From an uncultured SAR86 cluster bacterium (lineage in GTDB: Bacteria; Pseudomonadota; Gammaproteobacteria; Magnimaribacterales; D2472): a stretch of 64,000 nucleotides of DNA. Both the position numbers and the translations under genes were made by a program. Positions 36,050 to 45,285 of the stretch are shown here, in pieces. The notes below the pieces were generated by a model. That model was not told the origin of the DNA. It searched no databases and worked only from the letters and a program-made list of their open reading frames with translations. Each line of letters opens with the position of its first letter. Position 1 is the first letter of the stretch. Where the stretch lies: positions 10,462-74,461 of the forward strand of contig CACDVW010000002.1 in assembly GCA_902556355.1 (NCBI GenBank), written 5' to 3'.

Positions 36050-36125
36050 TGGCAGGCCAGGAGGGTCTCGAACCCACAACCCCCGGTTTTGGAGACCGGT
36101 ACTCTACCAATTGAGCTACTGGCCT
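36050..36125 (-). tRNA. tRNA-Trp (anticodon CCA)
   Basis: 76 nt, AGGCCAG acceptor stem, GGTTCGAGACC T-arm, anticodon loop CUCCAAA, encoded CCA. Same tuf-tRNATrp-secE position as in Pseudomonas. Confidence 0.93.
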
Positions 36126-36158
36126 AAAATTAATTTTCATATTCCTCAGAGACAAGCA

Positions 36159-36182
36159 AGCCGAGACACAAAGGTCTCGGCT
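36159..36182 (-). terminator. GC-rich hairpin just after tuf (possible attenuator or processing site; no clean U-tract)
   Basis: Minus strand: AGCCGAGAC-CTTTGT-GTCTCGGCT, a perfect 9-bp stem, followed by TGCTTGTCTC. Confidence 0.4.
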
Positions 36183-36195
36183 AATAAGTCTTCAA

Positions 36196-37386
36196 TTACT
36201 CAATAATTTTTGATACTACGCCAGCACCAACTGTTCTTCCACCTTCTCTAATCGCAAATTTTAGACCTTCGTCCATAGCGATTGGAGCAATAAGCTCAAC
36301 ATTCATTTTAATGTTGTCACCAGGCATTACCATTTCAACACCACTTGGAAGCTCACAAGCACCAGTTACATCAGTTGTTCTAAAATAAAACTGAGGTCTG
36401 TAGTTATTCATGAATGGTGTATGTCTTCCACCCTCATCTTTACTTAGCACATATATCTCAGCTTCAAATTTTGTATGAGGTGTAATTGAACCAGGCTTAG
36501 CAATAACTTGACCTCTTTCAACAGCATCTCTTTCAACACCTCTAAGAAGAACACCACAGTTTTCACCAGCTCTTCCTTCATCCAAAGATTTTCTAAACAT
36601 TTCCACACCAGTACATGTAGTCGTAGATGTGTCTTTGATACCAACAATTTCTAAAGGATCACCAGTATTGACTATACCAGTTTCGATTCTGCCTGTTACC
36701 ACTGTACCTCTACCTGAAATAGTAAACACATCTTCAATAGGCATTAGGAAAGCACCATCTACTGGTCTTTCTGGCTCTGGTACATATGAGTCTAATGTTT
36801 CAATAAGTTTTTGAACTGAAGGAACACCAATTTCAGATGTATCACCCTCAAGAGCTTTTAGCGCGCTACCAACAATGATAGGAGTGTCATCACCTGGGAA
36901 ATCATATTCGTTTAATAGCTCTCTAATTTCCATTTCAACAAGCTCTATCATTTCTGGATCGTCATTTTGATCAGCTTTGTTCATATAAACAACAATATAT
37001 GGAACACCAACCTGTCTAGCTAAAAGGATATGTTCTCTTGTTTGAGGCATTGGACCGTCAGCAGCACTTACTACTAATATAGCGCCGTCCATTTGAGCAG
37101 CACCAGTAATCATATTTTTTACATAGTCTGCGTGACCTGGACAATCAACGTGTGCATAGTGACGTGCAGTTGAAACATACTCAACATGAGAAGTAGCAAT
37201 AGTAATACCTCTTTCTCTTTCTTCTGGAGCATTATCAATATTTGCAAAGTCAACAGCGTCTCCGCCGAATACTTCAGCAGCAACTTTTGTTAGTGCAGCT
37301 GTAAGTGTTGTCTTACCATGGTCAACGTGACCAACTGTCCCTACGTTTACGTGGGGAAGCGTTCTTTCAAATTTTTCTCTTGCCAT
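36196..37386 (-). CDS. tuf: Translation elongation factor Tu
   Basis: 396 aa starting [32 protein letters not shown]. It is the only tuf copy in the window. Confidence 0.98.
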   Translation of the reverse strand: MAREKFERTLPHVNVGTVGHVDHGKTTLTAALTKVAAEVFGGDAVDFANIDNAPEERERGITIATSHVEYVSTARHYAHVDCPGHADYVKNMITGAAQMDGAILVVSAADGPMPQTREHILLARQVGVPYIVVYMNKADQNDDPEMIELVEMEIRELLNEYDFPGDDTPIIVGSALKALEGDTSEIGVPSVQKLIETLDSYVPEPERPVDGAFLMPIEDVFTISGRGTVVTGRIETGIVNTGDPLEIVGIKDTSTTTCTGVEMFRKSLDEGRAGENCGVLLRGVERDAVERGQVIAKPGSITPHTKFEAEIYVLSKDEGGRHTPFMNNYRPQFYFRTTDVTGACELPSGVEMVMPGDNIKMNVELIAPIAMDEGLKFAIREGGRTVGAGVVSKIIE

Positions 37387-37425
37387 TTTTTTTATGCCTC
37401 TCTGAAATAATTAAATATACTTAAA

Positions 37426-37500
37426 TGGAGCTCATAACCGGACTTGAACCGGTGACCTCTTACTTACCAAGCAAGTGCTCTACCGCTGAGCTATATGAGC
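37426..37500 (-). tRNA. tRNA-Thr (anticodon GGU)
   Basis: 75 nt, GCTCATA acceptor stem, anticodon loop UUGGUAA, GGTTCAAGTCC T-arm, encoded CCA. Equivalent to thrT upstream of tufB. Confidence 0.92.
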
Positions 37501-37533
37501 CCGTTCACGTAGCATCCTATTTTAAGGTGGCGT

Positions 37534-37562
37534 ATTATCCCTCTAAAAAGTTATAAACTCAA
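37534..37562 (-). promoter_or_regulatory. Putative sigma70 promoter for tRNA-Thr/tuf
   Basis: Minus strand reads TTGAGT (37557-37562), a 17-nt spacer, GATAAT (37534-37539), then ACGCCAC. This is the same AATACGCCAC -10/discriminator 10-mer as the S10 promoter. Confidence 0.5.
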
Positions 37563-37621
37563 CCTTTTTTCAATATAAATTGGGATTATTTTTGTAGTGT
37601 TTTTTGGTCTTAAAATAGTCA

Positions 37622-37705
37622 TGGTGGAGAGGGTAGGATTCGAACCTACGTAGCCGAAGCGGCAGATTTACAGTCTGCTGGTATTAACCACTCACCCACC
37701 TCTCC
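37622..37705 (-). tRNA. tRNA-Tyr (anticodon GUA)
   Basis: 84 nt with a long variable arm, GGAGAGG acceptor stem, anticodon loop CUGUAAA, GGTTCGAATCC T-arm, encoded CCA. Confidence 0.92.
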
Positions 37706-37766
37706 ATATCAAGCAAGCTATTTTTGTTCTAGAATGCATTTAAGTCAACAGTTTTTTAAAGTGAAT

Positions 37767-38507
37767 ATGTTAAATAAGCACAAAATTTTAGATAAATTGC
37801 CTAAGAACAGGGTCAATTTACATTTATTTGAAAATATTGACTCAACCAATGAAGAATGTAAAAGAATTGATCAAAATAAAGAATTCCATGTAGTAATTGC
37901 TGAACAACAAACAATGGGGAAAGGCAGGCTTGGTAAAAATTGGTCTAGTCCGGGTTCTGGCAACGTTTATATGTCAATTTATTCTAAAGAACTTCCAAAG
38001 AATATCCCTCTTAGCCTTATTGTTGGCTTGATATGCGTTAAAACTCTAAATTCAATGATTAAAAATGATTCTATTGGCCTCAAATGGCCAAATGACATGC
38101 TCCTTGATAAGAAAAAAATTGGAGGAATACTCGTTGAAAAAGAGGTTATGGGAAAGGATATTAACAATATTGTAGGTATAGGTATAAATCTTAATCATCC
38201 TGCAAAAGAAGATTGGTGGGGAGATTTACATAAATTTGGAATTCATTTAAGAAGAGATGAACTTATCAATAAACTACTTCATAGTTATATTAAATTTTAT
38301 GATAATGGAATTTCTGATTGGCAAGAGCTTTGGCATAAATATTGCGTTCATTTAAATCATGAAATTAAAATTAAACATAACAATAACATTATTAATGAAG
38401 GTATATTTTTAGGGATTAATGCTGATGGAAGTCTTAATTTGAAAATCAATGGTAATGAAGAAATTAAATATGAACACGGAGAAATATCAATTGAGGGTAT
38501 TTATTAA
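37767..38507 (+). CDS. birA: Biotin-[acetyl-CoA-carboxylase] ligase, catalytic domain only (no N-terminal HTH)
   Basis: EQQTMGKGRLGKNWSSPGSGNVYMS matches the BirA GRGRRGR-type loop. The protein begins where E. coli BirA residue ~65 aligns. Start could be 37734 or 37767; I prefer 37767 because TAGAAT at 37730-37735 would overlap the earlier ATG. Confidence 0.8.
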   Translation: MLNKHKILDKLPKNRVNLHLFENIDSTNEECKRIDQNKEFHVVIAEQQTMGKGRLGKNWSSPGSGNVYMSIYSKELPKNIPLSLIVGLICVKTLNSMIKNDSIGLKWPNDMLLDKKKIGGILVEKEVMGKDINNIVGIGINLNHPAKEDWWGDLHKFGIHLRRDELINKLLHSYIKFYDNGISDWQELWHKYCVHLNHEIKIKHNNNIINEGIFLGINADGSLNLKINGNEEIKYEHGEISIEGIY

Positions 38508-38509
38508 AA

Positions 38510-39064
38510 ATGAAACATTTTCTTAGTGGGATTGATCTGAGCTCAGATACCCCTACTGATTTCAATGAAATAATTTTTGGGGCAGGATGTTTTTGGGGAG
38601 TGGAAAGAAAATTCTGGGTATTGGAAGGTGTATGGCTAACCTCTGTTGGTTATGCTGGAGGAAATTCTATCAATCCCACATATGAACAAGTTTGTTATGA
38701 AGAAACAAATCATGTTGAAGTTGTAAAAGTTGTTTATGACCCATCAGTAATTAAAATTGATACTCTTCTTAAAACTTTTTGGGAATGTCATGATCCAACA
38801 CAAGGCATGCGACAAGGTAATGATAGAGGAACACAATATCGATCAGTAATTTATTGTTCATCTGAAGAGGATTTAGGTATAAGCCTTTCAACCATGAAAA
38901 AGTATCAGGAAGTTTTAGACAAAAATAATTATCAAAAGATTACAACAGAAATATTGCTTGCCCCAAAGTTTTATCTAGCTGAAGAATATCATCAACAATA
39001 TCTTGCAAAAAATCCTAACGGGTATTGTGGCCTTGGAGGGACTGGATGCGCATTAGATATTTAA
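38510..39064 (+). CDS. msrA: Peptide methionine-S-sulfoxide reductase
   Basis: 184 aa with the GAGCFWGVERKFW active site. Confidence 0.93.
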   Translation: MKHFLSGIDLSSDTPTDFNEIIFGAGCFWGVERKFWVLEGVWLTSVGYAGGNSINPTYEQVCYEETNHVEVVKVVYDPSVIKIDTLLKTFWECHDPTQGMRQGNDRGTQYRSVIYCSSEEDLGISLSTMKKYQEVLDKNNYQKITTEILLAPKFYLAEEYHQQYLAKNPNGYCGLGGTGCALDI

Positions 39065-39111
39065 AATAATCTATTCCCTGAAAGATTTAATTAATGTAAA
39101 ATTCTCCCCGC

Positions 39112-39187
39112 GCCGGTATAGCTCAGCTGGTAGAGCAACTGATTTGTAATCAGTAGGTCCCGAGTTCGACTCTTGGTGCCGGCACCA
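39112..39187 (+). tRNA. tRNA-Thr (anticodon UGU)
   Basis: 76 nt, GCCGGTA acceptor stem, anticodon loop UUUGUAA, GAGTTCGACTC T-arm, encoded CCA. Confidence 0.92.
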
Positions 39188-39202
39188 CTAACCTAAGATT
39201 TG

Positions 39203-41419
39203 TTATCTCTTTATATTAGAAGCACTTTGTATTTGATCTCTTTTTATTCTTTCAATTTTCTTTTCTTCTATGATCTGATTTGCTTCAGAATTGGACTGAT
39301 TAGATAGATTTGATTGTAGCTGATCATATACACCGGCCCTGCCAATGTATGGATCGAATGTATAATTCGAATTGTCTAAAGAATGTGTTGACGATCTTGA
39401 AAATATAAATTCATATCCATCATCTCTTGAAGAAGTGCTTTGTGTTTGAAGACACTCAAGAAGATATGCTGAAGCTGAATATTCATCTAAAGAATAGCTG
39501 AAAATAGTTTCTCCATTCTGATAACAGCTTACATACCATGTCCAATATCCAGATTCTATAGTTGCATAAGCAGTTCCACCATTTACATTTTCTACCCAAT
39601 ATCCAACCCAACCAAATGAACCCTGGGAAATTTTTTCAATAGCGTAGTTATACATTTCATTTGCTACCCTAGTCAAAAGCTCAGATGTCATATTAAATTC
39701 ATTGTTTTCGAAACTGTAAATATATGGTTTATTTAAAAATTCATTAATGTATTCATTACCTATCTGATTAGGTGGTAAGTTATCTTGATCAAATTCTAGA
39801 AATCCGTATGCATCAGGAAAACTGTCAATGGTCTCATTATCCCAACTTAAATAAACTGCTGAATTATCATTATAAAATTTGACTGAGGACATCCATTTAT
39901 AATCTACATATGCATAAGCAGAATCACAACTTCCCTCGTAATCTAACCATATATCTGTACTCCTATTTCTGTACATGTCCATGGAATAAGAATCATCGTC
40001 ATAATTATTTGTGTCTGTGATTATGTAATGTTTGTAAACTTCACAAGAACTATCTATTGAGTTTATGTACTCATCCGTTTCCATTCTTTCTAAACCTCTG
40101 CTGGTTTCTTTTTGAAGCAAGTATGAAATTTCAGAATCATATAGTGCCGCAGAATCATCTCCAAAAAGATCACTAGCAATATTGAGTGTGCAGTAAGATG
40201 ATGGATTTACCCAACAAGGACGACTAGCCCTCATTAACTTATTATCGTTAGTAATAAACATTGGATTAATATGAATAAAAAAACTTTCATCCCATCCGTT
40301 GAGATTTGCAATGGATACATTTGAATTTGGATCGACATCTACCACAAAATCCCCTCTTAAAGAAATATCATCAACTGATGCAACCTCTTCCCCCAACCAT
40401 AACGATTCTGGATAATCATTGTCATTAAGAAAAATTAATAAATTGCTGTAATGAAGATCTGATGTCGATCTAATTGTGTAATCATTTGAAGAAAATCCTG
40501 TTCCCGATAAAGATGAATCAAGTAAAGATTTTACGTAAGTAATAATATCTGACTCTATTTGAGCCAATGACAGATAAAAACTATCAAGATCATTAAATCT
40601 AGAGGTTATGATTGAGGGTTTATTTGAATTTGACGGATTTTGTTTGATATCTAAATATGAGTATCCTGTCGCATTTTTTTGAAGCTCAATTGCGCTATCA
40701 AATTGATTAGTGATATATGCCTGTTTTTTACTATCAACTATATTACATGGGGTTTCACTATTATATAGATCAGCAGATAAATTAAATAACCCTGAAGATG
40801 TAAGGCTTTTAAATAATGAAGTAAAGCTTGAAATAGTCACATTGGTTTGATTTTGAGTAGGGTTTATGGAGTATAAATAAGAGTCATTAACAGCAACAGG
40901 ATAGTTTTTTAAACATTCTATATTTGCAGTTGACCTAATTTGAAAATTGCCATTAGAGTCTGATGTGCCTGAATATTCATAACTATCAAAAATCCTATTT
41001 TGGTTTTGATCAATATAAACTGTTCTATCTGTATTATCTTCATGAATGATTGTGCCTCCAATCAATAAATAGTTTGCAGTAATAGTTATAGACTTTGATG
41101 TTGATGATCCTTCACTATTTACACACCTCAATGTAAATCTGTAAGTCTTTGATTCATTCAAAGTCAAGCTATGGCTTCCATTTGTATTAACTGTTGTATT
41201 CCAATCGCCAGATGTAGAGCATGATTGCGCATTAGAAGTTGTCCAGCTAAAAGAATACTCAGATCCCACATCTATCTCATCTGATTGATTAGATGAAAAA
41301 TTAATCGTTGGTAAAGGAATTGCTGGAGATTCTGGTGATGCACTTCCTCCGCCTCCACCACCACCGCAGCTGGCAAGAATAAACAAAGGGGCTAATAGAT
41401 AAAAAAATATTTTTTTCAT
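39203..41419 (-). CDS. Large lipoprotein of unknown function (738 aa)
   Basis: Lipobox LFILAS-C followed by a G7 tether (CGGGGGGGSASPESP). An N-terminal Ig-like module follows (FSWTTSNAQSCSTSGDW...TLRCVN). The rest is Asn/Ser/Tyr/Asp/Trp-rich with paired cysteines. I recognise no family. Confidence 0.7.
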   Translation of the reverse strand: MKKIFFYLLAPLFILASCGGGGGGGSASPESPAIPLPTINFSSNQSDEIDVGSEYSFSWTTSNAQSCSTSGDWNTTVNTNGSHSLTLNESKTYRFTLRCVNSEGSSTSKSITITANYLLIGGTIIHEDNTDRTVYIDQNQNRIFDSYEYSGTSDSNGNFQIRSTANIECLKNYPVAVNDSYLYSINPTQNQTNVTISSFTSLFKSLTSSGLFNLSADLYNSETPCNIVDSKKQAYITNQFDSAIELQKNATGYSYLDIKQNPSNSNKPSIITSRFNDLDSFYLSLAQIESDIITYVKSLLDSSLSGTGFSSNDYTIRSTSDLHYSNLLIFLNDNDYPESLWLGEEVASVDDISLRGDFVVDVDPNSNVSIANLNGWDESFFIHINPMFITNDNKLMRASRPCWVNPSSYCTLNIASDLFGDDSAALYDSEISYLLQKETSRGLERMETDEYINSIDSSCEVYKHYIITDTNNYDDDSYSMDMYRNRSTDIWLDYEGSCDSAYAYVDYKWMSSVKFYNDNSAVYLSWDNETIDSFPDAYGFLEFDQDNLPPNQIGNEYINEFLNKPYIYSFENNEFNMTSELLTRVANEMYNYAIEKISQGSFGWVGYWVENVNGGTAYATIESGYWTWYVSCYQNGETIFSYSLDEYSASAYLLECLQTQSTSSRDDGYEFIFSRSSTHSLDNSNYTFDPYIGRAGVYDQLQSNLSNQSNSEANQIIEEKKIERIKRDQIQSASNIKR

Positions 41420-41510
41420 AAAGATTAATTAATTAACATCAATCAATCTTAAACAATGTGTTTTATTTACACAAGATACTTAGAAAAATATAAATTTATT
41501 TTAAGATTAA

Positions 41511-42785
41511 CTATTTTCTGTAGATACTAGGCTTGTCTAAATCCTTAATATATCTATCTCTAAGCCTTGTTGATCTTGTAGTTAAATCTGTATCAACACC
41601 ATTAATAAAAACTTTTTCTGGCATGCTTGATGGTTCAAGTGGATCAGCTTCCCAGACTACAATATCGGCCATATTGCCAACTTTAATAGAACCTCTATTG
41701 TTAAGGTTAAATGTCTTTGCAACGTTAGTTGTTAAAGCTTTGATTGCTCCACCGTATGACATTCCATTAGCAACAGCTACTCCAGCACCCTGTCGAATCA
41801 AATGATAATTATGAGACCTTGAAACATTAAACATTAGAGTAGCACCAGCTTTTTCAAGAATTGGTGTCATGTTTATATTTGATGCTAACTCGTCAAATGA
41901 ATTTGGTATATTATTGATTGGGTTAACTATAAGAGGAATGTTATTTTCAACAATTTTATCTGCCACTAAAGATGCCTCTTGTGCTCCCATAATAATTAAA
42001 TTCAGGTTGTAAGTATTTTTTAGCTCAATGAGCTTAATTATGTCTGAAGCTCTGTGGGTTTTTATTATTAAAGGTAAATCATCATTAATTAATCTATATA
42101 GCGCCTTAACGTCTCTAGGTTTGAAATCCATGTGCGATGCAAGAGATGAATCATCAATAACCTCATCAATAGAAGCATCTGATGACATATCTTTTTTATC
42201 AAGCGATGATGCAAAAGAGAGCATGTCATCTATCAAGGTAAGTGTTTCTGCTCTAGAGGAAGACCCGCTTCCACCAAATCTACCAATCATTAAAATATCT
42301 GCTTCGCTTGAAATATCTAAACTGCTGTCTAATAAAAAGAATGAACCCAAGCCTCCGATAGGGCTTGAGGTATTTCTTGGCAGGGTAATTGCAGAAGTTA
42401 TACCGTTTGCTCTATTCCATGGGATTAAAACTGAGTTAGGATTGAAGGCATCATGTATGCTAAAGCCTATGCTATATATAGACGCTTCATCATCTCTAGT
42501 AACACTTAAAGCCCCAATTTCTAGAATACCTAATTGTGTATCAGGGGCAATAAATCCAGGGGTAATTATTTTTCCTTTAGCATCGTAAACCTTATCTGCA
42601 TAAGGAACTGATGTTTTTGAAATTTTAGCAATAACACCATCATTGATTAATATATGTCCTTGATATGAATTATTTTCAATACCATCATAAATTTCAGCAT
42701 TTTTAATAACTAAATTTGATGACTCTAAAAATAGTGAATTAGAAGATAAAATTACAAAAGCTAATAAAAATTTATTTTTAATCAT
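41511..42785 (-). CDS. Secreted amidohydrolase-superfamily paralog lacking the canonical metal ligands
   Basis: 424 aa with a signal peptide. It aligns with the upstream paralog, but HxH is replaced by APDTQ and FHHAVEA by IMGAQEA. It keeps the C-terminal VGNMADIVVWEADPL motif. Confidence 0.7.
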   Translation of the reverse strand: MIKNKFLLAFVILSSNSLFLESSNLVIKNAEIYDGIENNSYQGHILINDGVIAKISKTSVPYADKVYDAKGKIITPGFIAPDTQLGILEIGALSVTRDDEASIYSIGFSIHDAFNPNSVLIPWNRANGITSAITLPRNTSSPIGGLGSFFLLDSSLDISSEADILMIGRFGGSGSSSRAETLTLIDDMLSFASSLDKKDMSSDASIDEVIDDSSLASHMDFKPRDVKALYRLINDDLPLIIKTHRASDIIKLIELKNTYNLNLIIMGAQEASLVADKIVENNIPLIVNPINNIPNSFDELASNINMTPILEKAGATLMFNVSRSHNYHLIRQGAGVAVANGMSYGGAIKALTTNVAKTFNLNNRGSIKVGNMADIVVWEADPLEPSSMPEKVFINGVDTDLTTRSTRLRDRYIKDLDKPSIYRK

Positions 42786-44158
42786 TCTTCTATCCTGTTT
42801 TTTGAAGGATTGATAATTCCAACATCGAAATCACTACTTGGTTCAAGACCTGAAGATCTATCAAAAGCTATTGCACCATCTATATAAACCTTTTCTGCTA
42901 AAGCATATATGCTAAATGGATTTTTAGACCACAAAACAACATCAGCATTCTTCCCAACTTTTAATGATCCAGTCTTATCATAAATTCCAGCTGCTTTTGC
43001 AGGATTGCTTGTAATCCAATTTATTGCCCGTGCTTTCGAAATATCATAGCCGGCTTTGATGCCAGCCGATAAAGCTTTGGCAGCCTCAACATTTAGATGT
43101 TGAATGCCTATCTCGTCATCGGAATGAACAATTGCACAGCCTGTTCCATTTCTAGCTTGATCAACAATAGCTATATTTGCCTGGACCATATCATAGGCTT
43201 CATGTTTAAAACCCCACCAGTCAGCCCAAAGAGCTGCGCAGATATTATTCTCAGCTAATAAATCAGCAATCTTGTATGCTTCAACTGCATGATGAAAAGC
43301 AGTAATTTTATAATTAAACTCTTTGGCTATTTCTATCATTGTTGCCATTTCATCTGCTCTGTAACAATGGTTATGAACTAAAATTTCATCTCTTAAAACA
43401 CCCGCTAAAGTTTCCAATTCAAGATCTCTAGTTGGTTTGTATGACAGTTCTTTTGCCTCCTCAGATTTCGCTTCATATTCATCCAATTTACTCAAATAAC
43501 TCTCAGCTTTTATCCATGATTTTCTGTATCCGGCTGCATTCCCCATTCTTGTTGATGGCATTTGATTTCTATTGCCATAGACTCTTTTGGGGTTCTCTCC
43601 ACATGCCATCTTCAAGGAGTGAGGTGCATCAGGAAATTTCATAGAATTAATAGTATTTCTTTGTAAATTTTTCGCCGTAACCCCTCTTCCACCAATTAAA
43701 TTTGCAGAACCTGGTAGAACATGGAAGGTTGTAACACCTCCCTTAAGAGCGAGAGCGTACTGAGGATCTTGAACCCATATAGAATGTTCGGCCCATACTT
43801 CAGCAGTAACTGGGCTAGTCGCCTCATTACCATCTGAACTTGTTCTGACACTTGGTGCAGGATAGACACCCATGTGAGAATGAATATCAATAATACCTGG
43901 AGTAATCCATTTACCGGATGCATCAACTTCAATTAAGTCAGCAGAACTGGGAAGATCAACACCCATTGCAACAACTTTGCCATCTTTAATAATCAAATCG
44001 GTATCAATTAATTCATTTCCTTCGCCGTCATAAATGTTTGCATTTCTAAAAATAGTATTTGTTGATGGCAAAGGCTCGTAAGTTGATTCAAAGGGTTTAA
44101 AGTTTTCAGCAACTATTGATACACAAAAAAAGTATAGGAATATGTATATATTTTTCAT
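42782..44158 (-). CDS. Secreted metal-dependent amidohydrolase (COG1228-like)
   Basis: 458 aa with a signal peptide, ITPGIIDIHSHMG (HxH), AFHHAVEA, AIVHSDD, VGKNADVVLW. ATGA overlap with the downstream paralog. Confidence 0.8.
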   Translation of the reverse strand: MKNIYIFLYFFCVSIVAENFKPFESTYEPLPSTNTIFRNANIYDGEGNELIDTDLIIKDGKVVAMGVDLPSSADLIEVDASGKWITPGIIDIHSHMGVYPAPSVRTSSDGNEATSPVTAEVWAEHSIWVQDPQYALALKGGVTTFHVLPGSANLIGGRGVTAKNLQRNTINSMKFPDAPHSLKMACGENPKRVYGNRNQMPSTRMGNAAGYRKSWIKAESYLSKLDEYEAKSEEAKELSYKPTRDLELETLAGVLRDEILVHNHCYRADEMATMIEIAKEFNYKITAFHHAVEAYKIADLLAENNICAALWADWWGFKHEAYDMVQANIAIVDQARNGTGCAIVHSDDEIGIQHLNVEAAKALSAGIKAGYDISKARAINWITSNPAKAAGIYDKTGSLKVGKNADVVLWSKNPFSIYALAEKVYIDGAIAFDRSSGLEPSSDFDVGIINPSKNRIEE

Positions 44159-44227
44159 ACCAATAGTATAAATAAAAAAAATTTATACACTATAATCTTA
44201 GAAATATTTTTAGTATCAAAATTTATT

Positions 44228-45280
44228 ATGAAATCCTATAAAGTGGTTAAAAGTGGGGAACCGCTTGAAGAACAGCAAATAGATAAGCCTTCTCCTTCAG
44301 GTAAAGAAATTCTTATCAAAACAATTTCATGCGGTGTTTGCCATACAGATATACATATTCATGATGGTTATTTTGACTTAGGTGATGAAATTCATATTCC
44401 ATCAAGAGTAACTGAGAATCTAGCTATGGGCCATGAAGTTTTTGGAGAAGTTGTAGAAGTTGGTGAGCAGGTTACAAATATACAAATTGGCAAAAAATAC
44501 GTTGTATATCCGTGGATTGGTTGTGGTAATTGCAATGAATGTCAAAATGATATGGAGCACTATTGCTCACCCTTTACGGCTGAAAATATTGGCGTTTCTG
44601 TTGATGGTGGTTACGGAGAATACGTTTTAGTAAAAGATGCTAAATATCTTTTTGATGCTGGAGATACTCCAGAAGAGCTAGCCGGCAGTTATGCATGCAG
44701 AGGCTTAACTGCATACAGCGCCTTAAAAAAAGCAGAAATCAAGGACGGTGAAAGTATCGTAATAATTAGTGCTGGTGGAATGGGATTGTTAGCATTAAAG
44801 ATTGCACAAGCAGCATATAACGTTAAGACAATAGTTGTAGACATTGATGATGATAAGCTAGATGTGGCTAAAAAAGCTGGTGCAAATAATGTAATAAATT
44901 CAAAAAGTGAAAATGCTTCTGAAGAGATCATAAAATTATCTGGAGGCAAAGTTACAAAAATTATTGATTTTGTTGGATCACAAAACTCAATGTCTTTTGG
45001 ATATGGTCTTTTTGGCATTAATAAGGGCGGTTTGTATGTTCTAGTTGGATTAATTGGAGGTAATTTTAATCTTCAACTACCTCTGCATACTTTTACAGCT
45101 CGAACAATTAAAGGTGCATATGTTGGAAGTTTAAAAGAGATGGGTGAGCTTATGGAGCTTGTGCGATCTGGTAAAATTGAACCAATAGAAGTAGAGGCTA
45201 GACCTGCCTCACAAGCTAGTGATACACTATCTGACCTTAAGTCAGGTCACATAAAAGGATTGGTCTGTCTTAAACATTAA
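44228..45280 (+). CDS. Zinc-dependent alcohol dehydrogenase family oxidoreductase
   Basis: 350 aa; catalytic-zinc motifs CGVCHTD and GHE, structural-zinc CGNCNECQ...C, Rossmann motif SAGGMG. Confidence 0.85.
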   Translation: MKSYKVVKSGEPLEEQQIDKPSPSGKEILIKTISCGVCHTDIHIHDGYFDLGDEIHIPSRVTENLAMGHEVFGEVVEVGEQVTNIQIGKKYVVYPWIGCGNCNECQNDMEHYCSPFTAENIGVSVDGGYGEYVLVKDAKYLFDAGDTPEELAGSYACRGLTAYSALKKAEIKDGESIVIISAGGMGLLALKIAQAAYNVKTIVVDIDDDKLDVAKKAGANNVINSKSENASEEIIKLSGGKVTKIIDFVGSQNSMSFGYGLFGINKGGLYVLVGLIGGNFNLQLPLHTFTARTIKGAYVGSLKEMGELMELVRSGKIEPIEVEARPASQASDTLSDLKSGHIKGLVCLKH

Positions 45281-45285
45281 TTTGC

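Noticed and set aside
35982-36206. A 74-aa plus-strand ORF and the 20-aa N-terminal extension of secE (36020-36079)
   Set aside because: Both overlap the well-formed tRNA-Trp (36050-36125). secE aligns from the internal Met.
37501-37621. Possible degenerate tRNA-Gly between tRNA-Tyr and tRNA-Thr, which is present in the E. coli and Pseudomonas tufB tRNA clusters
   Set aside because: There is no acceptor or T-arm pattern on either strand. The spacer instead carries a promoter-like TTGAGT-N17-GATAAT.
41338-41366. G/C-rich run (cctccgcctccaccaccaccgc) as a possible G-quadruplex or simple repeat
   Set aside because: It simply encodes the Gly7 tether of the lipoprotein on the minus strand.
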